A DNA stretch of 64,000 bases from Deferribacterales bacterium (GTDB lineage Bacteria; Chrysiogenota; Deferribacteres; Deferribacterales; Geovibrionaceae): NCBI GenBank assembly GCA_050253075.1, contig JBFWJS010000002.1:448001-512000 (forward strand). The letters are read 5' to 3'. Below, one piece after another: positions 17,334 through 27,913 of this stretch. A model generated the notes under the pieces. The model did not search any database and was not told where the DNA came from. It worked only from the letters and a program-made list of their open reading frames with translations. A program made the position numbers and the translations under genes. The first letter of the stretch is position 1. The number at the start of each line of letters is the position of its first letter.

Positions 17334-19700
17334 ATGGCAATGACAATTTATAACAACGTTCCTGCGCTCACATCGCAGAGATACCTTAGCCAAACAAACA
17401 ACGCTATATCCAGCAACCTTGAAAAACTTTCAAGCGGTCTCAGAATCAACAGCGCAGCTGACGACGCATCAGGTCTCGCTATATCTGAGAAACTCCGCGG
17501 ACAGATTTCTGGTCTTCAGAGAGCTTCCATGAACGCCCAGGACGGTATTTCACTCCTTCAGACAGCTGAAGGCGGTCTCTCTACTATACAGGATATGACA
17601 CAGAGAATGAGAGAGCTTGCAGTACAGGCCGGTAACGGTGTTTATACTACAAGTGACCGTGCTGAGATCCAGAAGGAAGTTGAGCAGCTTAAAGAAGAGA
17701 TCGACCGTGTTGCTTCTTCTACAGAATTCAACACGAAGAAACTTCTTAACGGTGATGCCACAGCTCTCTGGTCCACAGACAAAGCTGACAAGATCGACGC
17801 TGTTATCACAGGCCCAGTTGCAGAAGGTAACTACAACCTGAATATCGAAGTTGATCCTGGCTCTAACTATGTATACAAATCAGACGTTATGGCTCTGAAC
17901 GAAGACGCTATCGGAGCTGAAATCACAACTGTATACACAACTAACACATCTAACCTTGCATCTGTTTCAGACCCAACAAGCATCGAAGCTACAACAGGTT
18001 CTGCTGTTTACTCACTTGCAATAGGAAACTCAGCAGCAGCTTCAGTAGCAGCTGGTGACGCTCTTGCGACATTCCAGCAGACAGGCAGCAGCTTTACTGT
18101 TGACAGTGTTAACGTAATATCTGCATCTGCTTCAGGTTATATCGAACTGACATTCAGCGAAGATATGAATGCTGGATCTGCAAATGCAACAGTAGATGCT
18201 AAATATCGCTTCATCAATGCTAAAACCGGTGATGTAGGTGACTGGACAGATGTTACACTTGACTTTAGTGATGCTACAGATGCAACAGTGAGCATAGGCT
18301 CACTTGGTTTCAGTGCTACTATCACAGTCGGAACATCAGGCAGCACTCAGACTGGAGATAAAATCCTCTTCAGCGTATCTCAAAGTGCTGCTGATACAGA
18401 CTTAGCTTCCGGTGGTGGTACAATTAAAATATCCGGCGGACCATCCGATCAAGCTGGACCGACTATCATCTACTCTGGTAGCGCAACAGATGCTCTTACA
18501 CTCGCTGACAACGGCGACAACGTAGTAGACTACAATGACAAGACTGTTTACATGGCTTCAATGGATGAAGCTACAGGTAACATCAACATAGGTAGCCTGA
18601 CACTCAGCTTCAAAGAGAACGGAACAGCTGGTGCGACTATTACTGCAGCTGACGACAGAATCGATATCGCTGTTCGCGGTGCCGGTGAAGCAGCTACAAC
18701 ATCAACAAAACTGAGCGACATCGCTAGATTTACAACTGATGACGGACGTAACATCTTCGATGAAACTCAGGAACTGACAATCTACGGTAACGGTAAATCA
18801 ACTACTATTTACCTTGAAGGCGACGATACAATCGCTGACTTCGAAGAGAAACTCACTAACGCTCTCGTAGATGACCTCGGAATGGGTGCAACACCTGATA
18901 TATCCGACACTATGTCTGATGTGAACAACAACCTTGTAAACTACGTTTCCAGTGACACAGACGATACAAACGAAGCAGTTCAGGGTACATTCGTTATCCA
19001 GACAGCTAAACTTGGTTCTGACAGCCAGCTCTCCTTCATCGGCGATCAGGCTCTCATAGACGGTCTTTCACTGGCTACTATACAGGAAGGTACTAACAGT
19101 GCTATTACTGTAACAGCTACAGATGCTCACACTGGCGAGACAATCGGTTCTGACGAAGTTAACGATAACGTAGTCAGAAACCTTATCAAAGGTGTTGAGA
19201 TCACTGTAGACGGAAGCGTAGGCCTTGATATTTCTTGGGACGATACTAAGAAAGAGATGTCTTTCGCAGCAGGCGAAGCCGAAGATGTTAAAATCCACGT
19301 TGTTGACAACGCTATGGAAATGCAGATCGGTGCCAACGAAGGACAGACAATACTTACATCTATCCCACAGGTAGATACTCAGGCTCTCGGTCTCGACGAC
19401 ATCGTCCTCGTAGATCAGGAACTCGCTCAGAAAGCTATCACAAAGATCGATAAAGCTCTTGAGTCTATCTCAAGCACAAGAGCTACAATCGGTGCTCAGA
19501 TCAACAGACTTGACTACACAATCGTAGGTCTCGATACTGCTGCTGAGAACCTGACAGCTTCTGAATCTAGAATCCGTGACCTTGACTTTGCATCAGAGAT
19601 GACAGAGTTCACAAGAAACCAGATTCTGAACCAGGCAGGAACAGCTATGCTTTCACAAGCTAACAGCCTTCCTAACCTTGTTCTTCAGCTTCTTGGTTAA
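17334..19700 (+). CDS. fliC: Flagellin with large Ser/Thr-rich central region
   Basis: EKLSSGLRINSAADDASGLAISEK N-terminus; ASESRIRDLDFASEM..QANSLPNLVLQLLG C-terminus. Confidence 0.97.
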   Translation: MAMTIYNNVPALTSQRYLSQTNNAISSNLEKLSSGLRINSAADDASGLAISEKLRGQISGLQRASMNAQDGISLLQTAEGGLSTIQDMTQRMRELAVQAGNGVYTTSDRAEIQKEVEQLKEEIDRVASSTEFNTKKLLNGDATALWSTDKADKIDAVITGPVAEGNYNLNIEVDPGSNYVYKSDVMALNEDAIGAEITTVYTTNTSNLASVSDPTSIEATTGSAVYSLAIGNSAAASVAAGDALATFQQTGSSFTVDSVNVISASASGYIELTFSEDMNAGSANATVDAKYRFINAKTGDVGDWTDVTLDFSDATDATVSIGSLGFSATITVGTSGSTQTGDKILFSVSQSAADTDLASGGGTIKISGGPSDQAGPTIIYSGSATDALTLADNGDNVVDYNDKTVYMASMDEATGNINIGSLTLSFKENGTAGATITAADDRIDIAVRGAGEAATTSTKLSDIARFTTDDGRNIFDETQELTIYGNGKSTTIYLEGDDTIADFEEKLTNALVDDLGMGATPDISDTMSDVNNNLVNYVSSDTDDTNEAVQGTFVIQTAKLGSDSQLSFIGDQALIDGLSLATIQEGTNSAITVTATDAHTGETIGSDEVNDNVVRNLIKGVEITVDGSVGLDISWDDTKKEMSFAAGEAEDVKIHVVDNAMEMQIGANEGQTILTSIPQVDTQALGLDDIVLVDQELAQKAITKIDKALESISSTRATIGAQINRLDYTIVGLDTAAENLTASESRIRDLDFASEMTEFTRNQILNQAGTAMLSQANSLPNLVLQLLG

Positions 19701-19731
19701 TAAAACCTAACAAGCGGTAACGCTTAAATAT

Positions 19732-19760
19732 AAAAAGGCCTTCTTCGGAAGGCCTTTTTT
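19732..19760. terminator. Bidirectional terminator after flagellin
   Basis: AAAAAGGCCTTC-TTCG-GAAGGCCTTTTT. Confidence 0.9.
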
Positions 19761-19808
19761 ATTATTTGAAATCAATGATTAAACATATAGATTTTTTTAG
19801 GCAGATAT

Positions 19809-20993
19809 TCAGATACTGATGATTTCTGTATTCTCTCCGGTGAGGCTCAAGCCGCCGTCTTTGGTGACGACATAGGTATTCTCCAGCCCCACAAGGCCTG
19901 TGCCCGTGATGCCCCTCTTAGGCTCCACGGCCATCACCATGTTCTCCTCCAGAGGCAGGTCGAACCCTTTGGCAAAGACAGGATATTCGTCTATAACAAG
20001 ACCTACGCCGTGCCCGAGGAATTTTACACGTTCCTCGCCGACACCCATGAAATATTCAAGGAAATCTTCGTCATATTCAGAAAGCACGTCTTCGTATATC
20101 TTCGAAGGTATTTCACCGGGCTTCATCCTCGCAACGGTCGCCTCGAGTATAGCGACGCATTTGTCGTGATACTCATACGCCTCGTCGGGGAGAGAGCCGA
20201 AAGCATATACCTGTGTCTTGTCAGTGTGATACCCTTCCATACCGCATCCGATATCTGCGAAAACAAGCTCGTCTTTGCGGAGTGTCCTGTTTTCGTTACC
20301 CAGCAGAGGCACGGCAGGGGACATCCCCTTTATACCGCCGGGGCCGTCGAATGTGTTGTAATACATGGAGTTCTCGCCAAAGCATATCTGCCCCAGAAAA
20401 AGCTCCGTGTTGAACATGCCGATACGGGCGACACCGTGATGCCCTCTGTCCAGCATATGCTTTAATATCAGGGCTCCGAGCTCTTTTTCGCTCATCCCTT
20501 CTTTCAGCACGGCGGGGACAAAGTCCTCAAGGGTCTCTCTGTGCAGTTTCCCCGCTTTAAACATGATGTCCAGCTCGTAACGGCTCTTAACCGCACGGGT
20601 GGCAGCAAGGGCAAAGTCGCACGAATGTACATTTTCAAAAGCAAAGTATTTATTTATGCGCTCGAAGTGAGCAAGGGGGACAAATTCTTTTTCGATGTGG
20701 ACAGTCTTTCCGAGGTCTCCCGTAACAGGCGGGACATCCTTAAAAGACTTTATCTGTATGAGTCTGTCGAACTGAGACTCTATCTCTGCTCTGTAGAAGC
20801 TGCGGCGGACGAAAAAAACCGCATCGCCGTCTCTGGGAACGACAAGCACGCCGTTCTGCTGTGTACCTGTAAAGTAGAAGATGTTCACCTTGTTCATAAT
20901 GAACGCAGCGTTCCACCCCGCACAGTGTTTATCCATGTTTGTGCGGAATGATTCCATTCGGTTCTTCAGCTCTTCGGCAGGTATCAGTTTCAA
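19809..20993 (-). CDS. M24 family (Xaa-Pro) metallopeptidase
   Basis: [36 protein letters not shown] metal ligands; TTG start overlaps the sigma stop. Confidence 0.88.
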   Translation of the reverse strand: MKLIPAEELKNRMESFRTNMDKHCAGWNAAFIMNKVNIFYFTGTQQNGVLVVPRDGDAVFFVRRSFYRAEIESQFDRLIQIKSFKDVPPVTGDLGKTVHIEKEFVPLAHFERINKYFAFENVHSCDFALAATRAVKSRYELDIMFKAGKLHRETLEDFVPAVLKEGMSEKELGALILKHMLDRGHHGVARIGMFNTELFLGQICFGENSMYYNTFDGPGGIKGMSPAVPLLGNENRTLRKDELVFADIGCGMEGYHTDKTQVYAFGSLPDEAYEYHDKCVAILEATVARMKPGEIPSKIYEDVLSEYDEDFLEYFMGVGEERVKFLGHGVGLVIDEYPVFAKGFDLPLEENMVMAVEPKRGITGTGLVGLENTYVVTKDGGLSLTGENTEIISI

Positions 20994-21964
20994 AGAAGCT
21001 CCTCCAGAGATATTTTTTTGGTTGATAAGAGATTACGCATCTTACTGAGCACACGTTTCTCTATCTGGCGCACACGCTCACGTGTTATGCCGAGGTCGTT
21101 TCCTATGGACTCGAGTGTTTCAGGGTCGTTCCCTGTGAGCCCGTAACGTCTTATTATTATAGTCTTTTCATTATCAGACAGGAAGGTGAGCCACTTAAAG
21201 ATGATCTCCTTCTTGCTGTTATTTTCTATCTTCAGATACGGATCGAGGTATTTCTCGTCGTCCGCTATGAATTCATGCAGGGTGCTGCTCTCGTCCCCGC
21301 CGACAGGCATGTCGAGAGACGTGTCCTGCTTTATAGCGTCGAACACTTTCTTCAGTGTGGAAAGCGGCATCTTGCATGCGGTGGAAAGCTCGTGGATTGT
21401 GGGTTCACGTCCGAACTTCTGCTGAAGCTCGTTCTGAGTTTTCATCACTTTGCTGATGTTCTCAGACATGTGAACAGGGATACGCACCATACGGCACTGG
21501 TTGATGATGGCTCTTTCTATCGCCTGTCTTATCCACCATGTTGCATATGTGCTGAATTTAAAGCCTTTGGTGTAGTCAAACTTCTCAACGGCTTTCAGCA
21601 GACCGATGTTCCCCTCTTCCACAAGGTCGACAAGGTTCATCCCTCTGTTGATATACTTTTTAGCGATGGAGACGACCAGCCTGAGGTTGCACTTGATCAT
21701 TGTCTCTTTCGATTCGTTGCACCCCTTTTCTATCCCCTGTGAAAGAGTCGCCTCTTCCTCTCGGGTCAGCACCGGGTACTTGGATATCTCATTGAGGTAG
21801 ATTTTGAATACTTCGAGATCCTCGGAAGAATATTCGTACTTCGGCTCATGCTCTATGTCGCACGTGTCGAATTTCGGCTCGATCTCTTCCTCTTCTGAAA
21901 GATCAGTAGGACCCTCCTCATCTTCCAGAAACGTATCCTTCTCTTCGATTTCAGGCTCGCTCAT
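20990..21964 (-). CDS. Sigma-70 family group-2-like (RpoS-like) sigma factor
   Basis: [38 protein letters not shown]; no large region 1.1; downstream of pcm as in pcm-rpoS loci; start moved to ATG 21964. Confidence 0.85.
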   Translation of the reverse strand: MSEPEIEEKDTFLEDEEGPTDLSEEEEIEPKFDTCDIEHEPKYEYSSEDLEVFKIYLNEISKYPVLTREEEATLSQGIEKGCNESKETMIKCNLRLVVSIAKKYINRGMNLVDLVEEGNIGLLKAVEKFDYTKGFKFSTYATWWIRQAIERAIINQCRMVRIPVHMSENISKVMKTQNELQQKFGREPTIHELSTACKMPLSTLKKVFDAIKQDTSLDMPVGGDESSTLHEFIADDEKYLDPYLKIENNSKKEIIFKWLTFLSDNEKTIIIRRYGLTGNDPETLESIGNDLGITRERVRQIEKRVLSKMRNLLSTKKISLEELL

Positions 21965-22393
21965 AATCTCTCCAGCAGTTCTCTGAACTTTTTGATTAAA
22001 GGTATCATAACCTGAAAGAATGGCGGTATCACGGTATGGATATTCGGCATGGATCGAAATAGAGGGGTTAGCCCTTTTGTCAGCCCATCCGCATCTTCCA
22101 CTCACTAAGAGTGCACTCCATAACTCCGGCAAGACCTCCTTTCAGGACGTAAAAACCAGATAAAGCAGCCGAAAGACCTGAATGATAGGCGACTTCTTCT
22201 AACACACCACTGTAAAACGAAGCTAAGGCAGCTTTGTGGTTTTCACAGCATTTAATATAACCCGATTTTATTTAAAATGGAAGGATGAAATTGTAGCAAT
22301 ATGAGTGAGTTCAGAAACCATATATAAGAGAATCTATATATTTAGAATTAGCACGCTCAGCTTTTTTATAACATATAATTAGGCACCGCAGTA

Positions 22394-23002
22394 TCAGCCC
22401 GCACCGACAAAGTCTACAAAACTGCATTCAGCAAGCGGTTCTATCTTTACCTCACCCTCACATTTTGTAACTCTCATCAGCTTCCCATCTGCGGGTACGA
22501 GCATCAGTCCGCCCTCCGCCAGCTGGTCTATCAGCTCCTGCGGAACGATCTTCCCCTCTGCTGTGGCTATGATGCGGTCGAAAGGCCCCATGTCCGGCCA
22601 GCCGAGTATCGTCGGCTGCAGCCTCATCTTCACATTTCTCAGAGGGATACGCTTTATGATGTTATAAGAGCGTTTATGCAGCTCGGGCACACGCTCCACG
22701 CTATATACAGTCTTGCACAGCTTCGACAGTATCGCCGCCTGAAAGCCTGACCCTGTGCCTATCTCCAGCACTGTATGGTCAGAGCCCACCTCAAGCATCT
22801 TTGTCATGAATGCCACGGTGGAAGGCTTTGATATGGTCTGTCCGTATCCTATGGGGAGAGCGTCGTCTTTGTACGCCATTTTCAGCATAGCTTCATCGAG
22901 AAACTTATGCCTCGGTGTTTTCAGGAATGCTTCTATAATATCCTTATCCCACTTACAAGCGGGACCGACAGCTTCTTTTATATATGATTCAGGGATATTC
23001 AT
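22394..23002 (-). CDS. pcm: Protein-L-isoaspartate O-methyltransferase
   Basis: AYKDDALPIGYGQTIS, VLEIGTGSGFQAA, GPFDRII. Confidence 0.92.
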   Translation of the reverse strand: MNIPESYIKEAVGPACKWDKDIIEAFLKTPRHKFLDEAMLKMAYKDDALPIGYGQTISKPSTVAFMTKMLEVGSDHTVLEIGTGSGFQAAILSKLCKTVYSVERVPELHKRSYNIIKRIPLRNVKMRLQPTILGWPDMGPFDRIIATAEGKIVPQELIDQLAEGGLMLVPADGKLMRVTKCEGEVKIEPLAECSFVDFVGAG

Positions 23003-23881
23003 TTACAGCCTGATCTGTGTGCCGATGCCTGAGTCGGTGAACATCTCAAGCAGCACAGAGTGAGACACGCGTCCGTCGACGATGTGCGCCTTTGCCACAC
23101 CGTTGGACACTGCGTCCAGAGCACAGTCTATCTTAGGGATCATCCCCCCTGTCAGGGTTCCGTCCTTTTTCAGCATGCGTATCTTCTCAGGTGTCAGTGT
23201 GGATATAAGGTTCCCCTCTTTATCCAGAACACCCTTCACGTCTGTCAGCAGAATCAGCTTTCTCGCTTTCAGCGCAGATGCAATGCTGCCTGCTACGAGG
23301 TCTGCGTTTATGTTATAAGGCTGATAATCCTCGCCCACGCCCACAGGAGCGATAACAGGGATAAAATCCCTTGCGATGGTGTTCAGCACGCCGGTATCAA
23401 CTTTCTTCACTGTTCCCACGTGTCCGAGGTCGATGATCTCGGGGGTCATGACAAATTCGTCCCCCTCTTTCAGATACAGCTTTTCAGCCGTGATGAGGTT
23501 TCCGTCTTTGCCCGAAAGACCGATGGCCTTACCGCCGTTTATGTTTATCAGGCTGACGATGTCTTTGTTCACCTTACCGGCGAGCACCATCTCAACGATG
23601 TTCATCGTCTGCTTGTCCGTAACCCTCATACCTGACACGAAATGGCTTTCGATATTCAGCTTTTTCAGCATTTCGCCTATCTGGGGACCGCCGCCGTGCA
23701 CTATGATTGGGTTCAGACCTATATACTTCATCATCACGACATCACGGGCAAAGCTGAACTTAAGCTCGTCGTCCACCATAGCGTGTCCGCCGTACTTGAT
23801 AACGATTGTCTGGCCGTAGAACTCTTTGATGTAAGGGAGTGATTCTATAAGAATATCCGCTTTTCTGATCAGCTCTTCCAT
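23003..23881 (-). CDS. argB: Acetylglutamate kinase
   Basis: [32 protein letters not shown]. Confidence 0.96.
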   Translation of the reverse strand: MEELIRKADILIESLPYIKEFYGQTIVIKYGGHAMVDDELKFSFARDVVMMKYIGLNPIIVHGGGPQIGEMLKKLNIESHFVSGMRVTDKQTMNIVEMVLAGKVNKDIVSLININGGKAIGLSGKDGNLITAEKLYLKEGDEFVMTPEIIDLGHVGTVKKVDTGVLNTIARDFIPVIAPVGVGEDYQPYNINADLVAGSIASALKARKLILLTDVKGVLDKEGNLISTLTPEKIRMLKKDGTLTGGMIPKIDCALDAVSNGVAKAHIVDGRVSHSVLLEMFTDSGIGTQIRL

Positions 23882-23969
23882 GATTCCTCCGGATGTATAT
23901 GGTCAAAAGTATTAGAATCTTACGAAAGTATCGGCTAATTTGCAAGAATATTAACGGGGCAAAGTATCT

Positions 23970-25592
23970 TTAGTTTCCCGCTTTGAACGGTATATGCGGC
24001 ATTTCCACGGTGAATCTGGCTCCGTGCTTGCCGTTGTCGCAGGTGATAGAGCCGTTCAGGCTGTTTTCGGCTATGGCTTTTGCCATGTGAAGTCCGATGC
24101 CCGTCCCTTTGCTCTTCGGCTTTGTGGTGAATTCCGAATCGAAAATCTTACACATTATATCCGCAGGTATGCCCGTGCCGTTGTCCTCTATGCTGATGAA
24201 CGCCGTGCCCTCTTTCACCCCTGTGGTGATGTATATGTGCCCTGCTTCGGTCACGCCTTTGCTGCCGTCTTCACGGGATTCCATGATGGCATCCACGCTG
24301 TTGTTCAGCAGGTTTATGATGACCTGCTTATACAGGTTAGGATATCCGAAGACGACGATGCCCGCATCGGTTTTGAAATCTTCTGAATGAAATCTGACCC
24401 CGTGCCCGTATTCCAGAGTGAGCACATGCCCCTGCTGTCCGTCGATGTCGCACATGATGGTCACATTCACCGCACCCACTTCAAACCTGCCGTACTGCAT
24501 TTTTACCACATCTACGGTCTTTTCTATCAGGTTAAAGTATTCCTTGTCAGGCTCCGGTCTGAAAAAGTTGCGGAAGTCGTCCATTGTCTCTGACATGAAG
24601 CGGATGTAAGACATACACTCGTCTATGGCATCGTCCAGATACTGTATATCCAGCTCTCCGAAATGATATGCGTCACGGATGTCTTCTATGATGAAGCTGA
24701 GTGCGCTGAGCGGCTGTCTCCACTGGTGGGCAATGCTGGAGACCATCTCGCCCATCTCTGCCAGACGTGCATGATAAAGTATGTCTTCCTGCTGTTTACG
24801 CCCTTTGGAAACCTCTGTCTGCACCTGAAACTTCATGTTCATTTTCAGTGCGTCCAGCTCTGCCTGCTTTATATCCAGAAGTCTCCTGCTGTGAGAGAGT
24901 TCATCTTCCTTATTCTTATAATGTGTGATGTCCTGAACATACCCGCCGCCGCCTGCATAGTTTCCGTTTTCGTCATAGAAAGCCGTCAGATCGATCTTCA
25001 GCCAGATTATTCTGCCGTCTTTGTGCCTGAGTGCTATCTCAGCGTCTTCAAGGTGTCCGTCCCGCATGATCTTTTGTTTCAGAAGGTCATAGCTGCGCTC
25101 ATTTGCAGCGAACTGACTGCGGAGACTCCCGCCCAAAAGCTCCTCAGGGGTATATCCAAGCAGTTTTGCGCTGTTATCCGTGAAAAATATGAAATTACCG
25201 AATCTGTCCGAGCGGTAGAAAGTACCGAGCAGCCTTTCTGCTATTTCGCCTATGGCAGAGTTATTCTTTCTAGTCTCATCAGGCCCCAGTCCCACAGGCT
25301 CATAAAGCCTGACATTATAGCCCTGCTCTGTCGCCTCGGCGGTGTAAAGCGCATATATATAATGCTCTCCGAACCTGCCGAAGATGGCGGAATTGTTTAA
25401 TTTCTCTTCATTTTTCAGTGATTTGATATCGTTCACGATGGAAACATAGTCGGGATGCAAAACACCGGTGAGCGGACAGCCCGTCACATCAGGCTTCTGG
25501 TCTGCACAGCACAGTTCCACATCGGATATGATCAGCTCAGGAGTGAGCCTCAGCACATATAAACATTGACCGGACAAAACTTCCCCCAACAA
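23970..25592 (-). CDS. Cytoplasmic PAS-domain sensor histidine kinase
   Basis: PAS (LLGYTPEELLG..KDGRIIW..QDIT), H-box IAHQWRQPL, NLLNNSVDA, DNGTGI, GTGIGL; start uncertain. Confidence 0.88.
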   Translation of the reverse strand: MLGEVLSGQCLYVLRLTPELIISDVELCCADQKPDVTGCPLTGVLHPDYVSIVNDIKSLKNEEKLNNSAIFGRFGEHYIYALYTAEATEQGYNVRLYEPVGLGPDETRKNNSAIGEIAERLLGTFYRSDRFGNFIFFTDNSAKLLGYTPEELLGGSLRSQFAANERSYDLLKQKIMRDGHLEDAEIALRHKDGRIIWLKIDLTAFYDENGNYAGGGGYVQDITHYKNKEDELSHSRRLLDIKQAELDALKMNMKFQVQTEVSKGRKQQEDILYHARLAEMGEMVSSIAHQWRQPLSALSFIIEDIRDAYHFGELDIQYLDDAIDECMSYIRFMSETMDDFRNFFRPEPDKEYFNLIEKTVDVVKMQYGRFEVGAVNVTIMCDIDGQQGHVLTLEYGHGVRFHSEDFKTDAGIVVFGYPNLYKQVIINLLNNSVDAIMESREDGSKGVTEAGHIYITTGVKEGTAFISIEDNGTGIPADIMCKIFDSEFTTKPKSKGTGIGLHMAKAIAENSLNGSITCDNGKHGARFTVEMPHIPFKAGN

Positions 25593-25635
25593 ATAATCTA
25601 TACAATATTAGCACAATTTTAGAAGGTAGAAAGTA

Positions 25636-26601
25636 TTATCTGGTTTTTATCTCTATATGCTTTGCGAGGATAGTTACGGCCATTGCATACTTTATGCTTG
25701 GGTTATATCTGGTCACAGCGTAGAAGTTGTTGAAAATTATCCAGTATTCTGTCCCTTCATCACCTTCGAGCGTGACTAGTGCGCCTTTCAGCTTCGGATT
25801 CACCCACATGGACGGGAGCAGTCCGTCGTTTTTCATCTGTGCCACGGTAAACTTTGGCCTGATACCCTGATCAAGGTACTTCTTCCACCTTGTGCCTGTG
25901 GTACGCACCTTTACAGCTAGGGGTTCATCCTTTTCCCACCCGTGGGATTTCAGATAGTTCGCTATGCTGCCGATGGAATCTGCACCGGATTTGAAGATGT
26001 TCACCCTGCCGTCCCCCGACCATTCCCTGCCGAATTTCAGTATGTTCGAAGGCATGAACTGAGGCATGCCGACAGCTCCAGCGTATGAACTTTTCAGGTT
26101 GAAAGGGTCGAGCTTCTGCCTGTAGGCATACACCATAAGGGATTCCAGCTCGTTCTTAAAATATTCCGCACGTCTGGGGTAATAGAATGCAAGGGTAAAG
26201 AGAGCATCCATCGCTCTGTGGGTCAGAGCATATGTGCCGTAGTCCGTCTCTACACCGAGTATAGCAACAATGACATAAGGATCCACGCCGTATGAGCGTC
26301 TCGCCTTTGCCAGTGATTTCGGATAGTCTTTATAGAAGTCTATGCCCTTCTTTATCTTCCGCTCGGTGATAAAGTTCGGCTTATAGTCTTTCCAAGGTTT
26401 AGCCTCTGCCTGTCTGTCCATCAGCTCGATACACACGTCTGTGCGCTCTGCTCTTTTCAGCCATTTCAGCACTGCTTTCTCGCTTATTTTACCGTTCACC
26501 GCCACACGGTGTGCGAATGAACGCATCTCGTCCGTCAGCTCACCTGCATAAACGTTGAACGACAGCAAAAACAGCAGAATGTATATAGTATATTTAATCA
26601 T
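25636..26601 (-). CDS. mltB: Lytic murein transglycosylase B-like
   Basis: Signal peptide, VAILGVETDYG, SYAGAVGMPQFMPS, SIANYL, TRYN. Confidence 0.88.
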   Translation of the reverse strand: MIKYTIYILLFLLSFNVYAGELTDEMRSFAHRVAVNGKISEKAVLKWLKRAERTDVCIELMDRQAEAKPWKDYKPNFITERKIKKGIDFYKDYPKSLAKARRSYGVDPYVIVAILGVETDYGTYALTHRAMDALFTLAFYYPRRAEYFKNELESLMVYAYRQKLDPFNLKSSYAGAVGMPQFMPSNILKFGREWSGDGRVNIFKSGADSIGSIANYLKSHGWEKDEPLAVKVRTTGTRWKKYLDQGIRPKFTVAQMKNDGLLPSMWVNPKLKGALVTLEGDEGTEYWIIFNNFYAVTRYNPSIKYAMAVTILAKHIEIKTR

Positions 26602-26708
26602 ATAGATGTATCTGGTCTTTATTAATCATTTGAACTATACTTACATATCGGACAATTATTTGTAACATAAAGATGTTAAATTAAATAAAGAAATTTTGAG
26701 GAATTATT

Positions 26709-27350
26709 ATGATCATAGCACCATCAGTATTATCGGCGGATTTTTCCATTCTGGCCGAAGAGATAAAAGCCATAGACGAGGCGGGCGCAGACTGGATACA
26801 CCTCGACGTTATGGACGGCATGTTCGTCCCGAATATAACATTCGGCGCACCCGTTATAAAAATGCTGCGTAAATGCACCGAAAAGACATTCGACGCTCAC
26901 CTTATGATAAATGACCCCGACAGATACATCGAAGACTTTGCAAATGCTGGGTGCGACTTCATCACCGTGCATCAGGAGGCGTGTACGCACCTTCACCGCA
27001 CTATATCACTGATAAAAGAATGCGGTAAAAAGGCCGGCGTATCCCTTAACCCTGCCACATCTCTGGAGACGATACGTGAGATCCTCCCATATGTGGATAT
27101 GGTACTTATCATGTCTGTGAACCCCGGTTTTGGTGGACAAAAGTTCATTCCGACGAGCTTCGCGAAAATTACAAATCTTTACAATATGGCGAAGGATATT
27201 AATCCTGAGCTCATAATACAGGTCGATGGCGGAGTAAATAACAAGAACATCAAAGACTTGAAGGACGCGGGCTGTAACTGTGTCGTGGCGGGCAGCTACG
27301 TCTTCGGAAATGATGATTATAAAAAAGCCATAAATTCTCTTAAAATTTGA
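26709..27350 (+). CDS. rpe: Ribulose-phosphate 3-epimerase
   Basis: [33 protein letters not shown]. Confidence 0.97.
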   Translation: MIIAPSVLSADFSILAEEIKAIDEAGADWIHLDVMDGMFVPNITFGAPVIKMLRKCTEKTFDAHLMINDPDRYIEDFANAGCDFITVHQEACTHLHRTISLIKECGKKAGVSLNPATSLETIREILPYVDMVLIMSVNPGFGGQKFIPTSFAKITNLYNMAKDINPELIIQVDGGVNNKNIKDLKDAGCNCVVAGSYVFGNDDYKKAINSLKI

Positions 27351-27414
27351 CCTGATTCCCTTACAAGAATTGTCCCGTGTGGTATATTAGAAATATCAGA
27401 CGGAGGTAAACGAA

Positions 27415-27774
27415 ATGGGAGTTAACATTTTAGTTGTCGATGACGAGCCTGATATCAGACTCCTTTACCGTTCCGAACTGGAGGATCAGGGGTTCAGCAT
27501 ACACGAAGCCTCAAATTCCAAAGAGTGCTTCGAACAGCTGGAAAAAAATAAGATAGACCTTGTGCTGCTGGATATAAAGCTGAAAGGCGAAAGCGGCATA
27601 GACATCCTGCAGAACATATCAGGAAAGGATAAAAAGGCGAAGGTTGTCCTAGCCACTGCATACAGTGCATATCAGGACGACTTCTCCACATGGCTCGCAG
27701 ACGGATACTGGGTAAAGACCCAGGAGATAGAGACCCTCACAGAGGAAATCAATAAGGTCCTGTCTAAAAACTGA
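27415..27774 (+). CDS. Single-domain response regulator
   Basis: ILVVDDE, DLVLLDIKL, TAY, VK receiver motifs. Confidence 0.9.
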   Translation: MGVNILVVDDEPDIRLLYRSELEDQGFSIHEASNSKECFEQLEKNKIDLVLLDIKLKGESGIDILQNISGKDKKAKVVLATAYSAYQDDFSTWLADGYWVKTQEIETLTEEINKVLSKN

Positions 27775-27913
27775 TCGGAAGGGCTAAACCCCTTTCGACA
27801 ATTAGAAATATATCAGCAAAAATACATCTGACGGGGCGACCTGTGCAGATGTATTTTTGTCTGTAGACATACTTGAACTTTTTGACATTTATTTTGAAAC
27901 GGAGTGACACCAT

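Noticed and set aside
17334..19700. Proteolytic flagellin (flagellinolysin)
   Set aside because: No HExxH motif in the central region.
21965..22132. 56-aa N-terminal extension of the sigma factor from the ORF track
   Set aside because: The TTG is only 2 nt from the AGGAGG and the extension is not sigma-like; ATG 21964 has a properly spaced GGAG.
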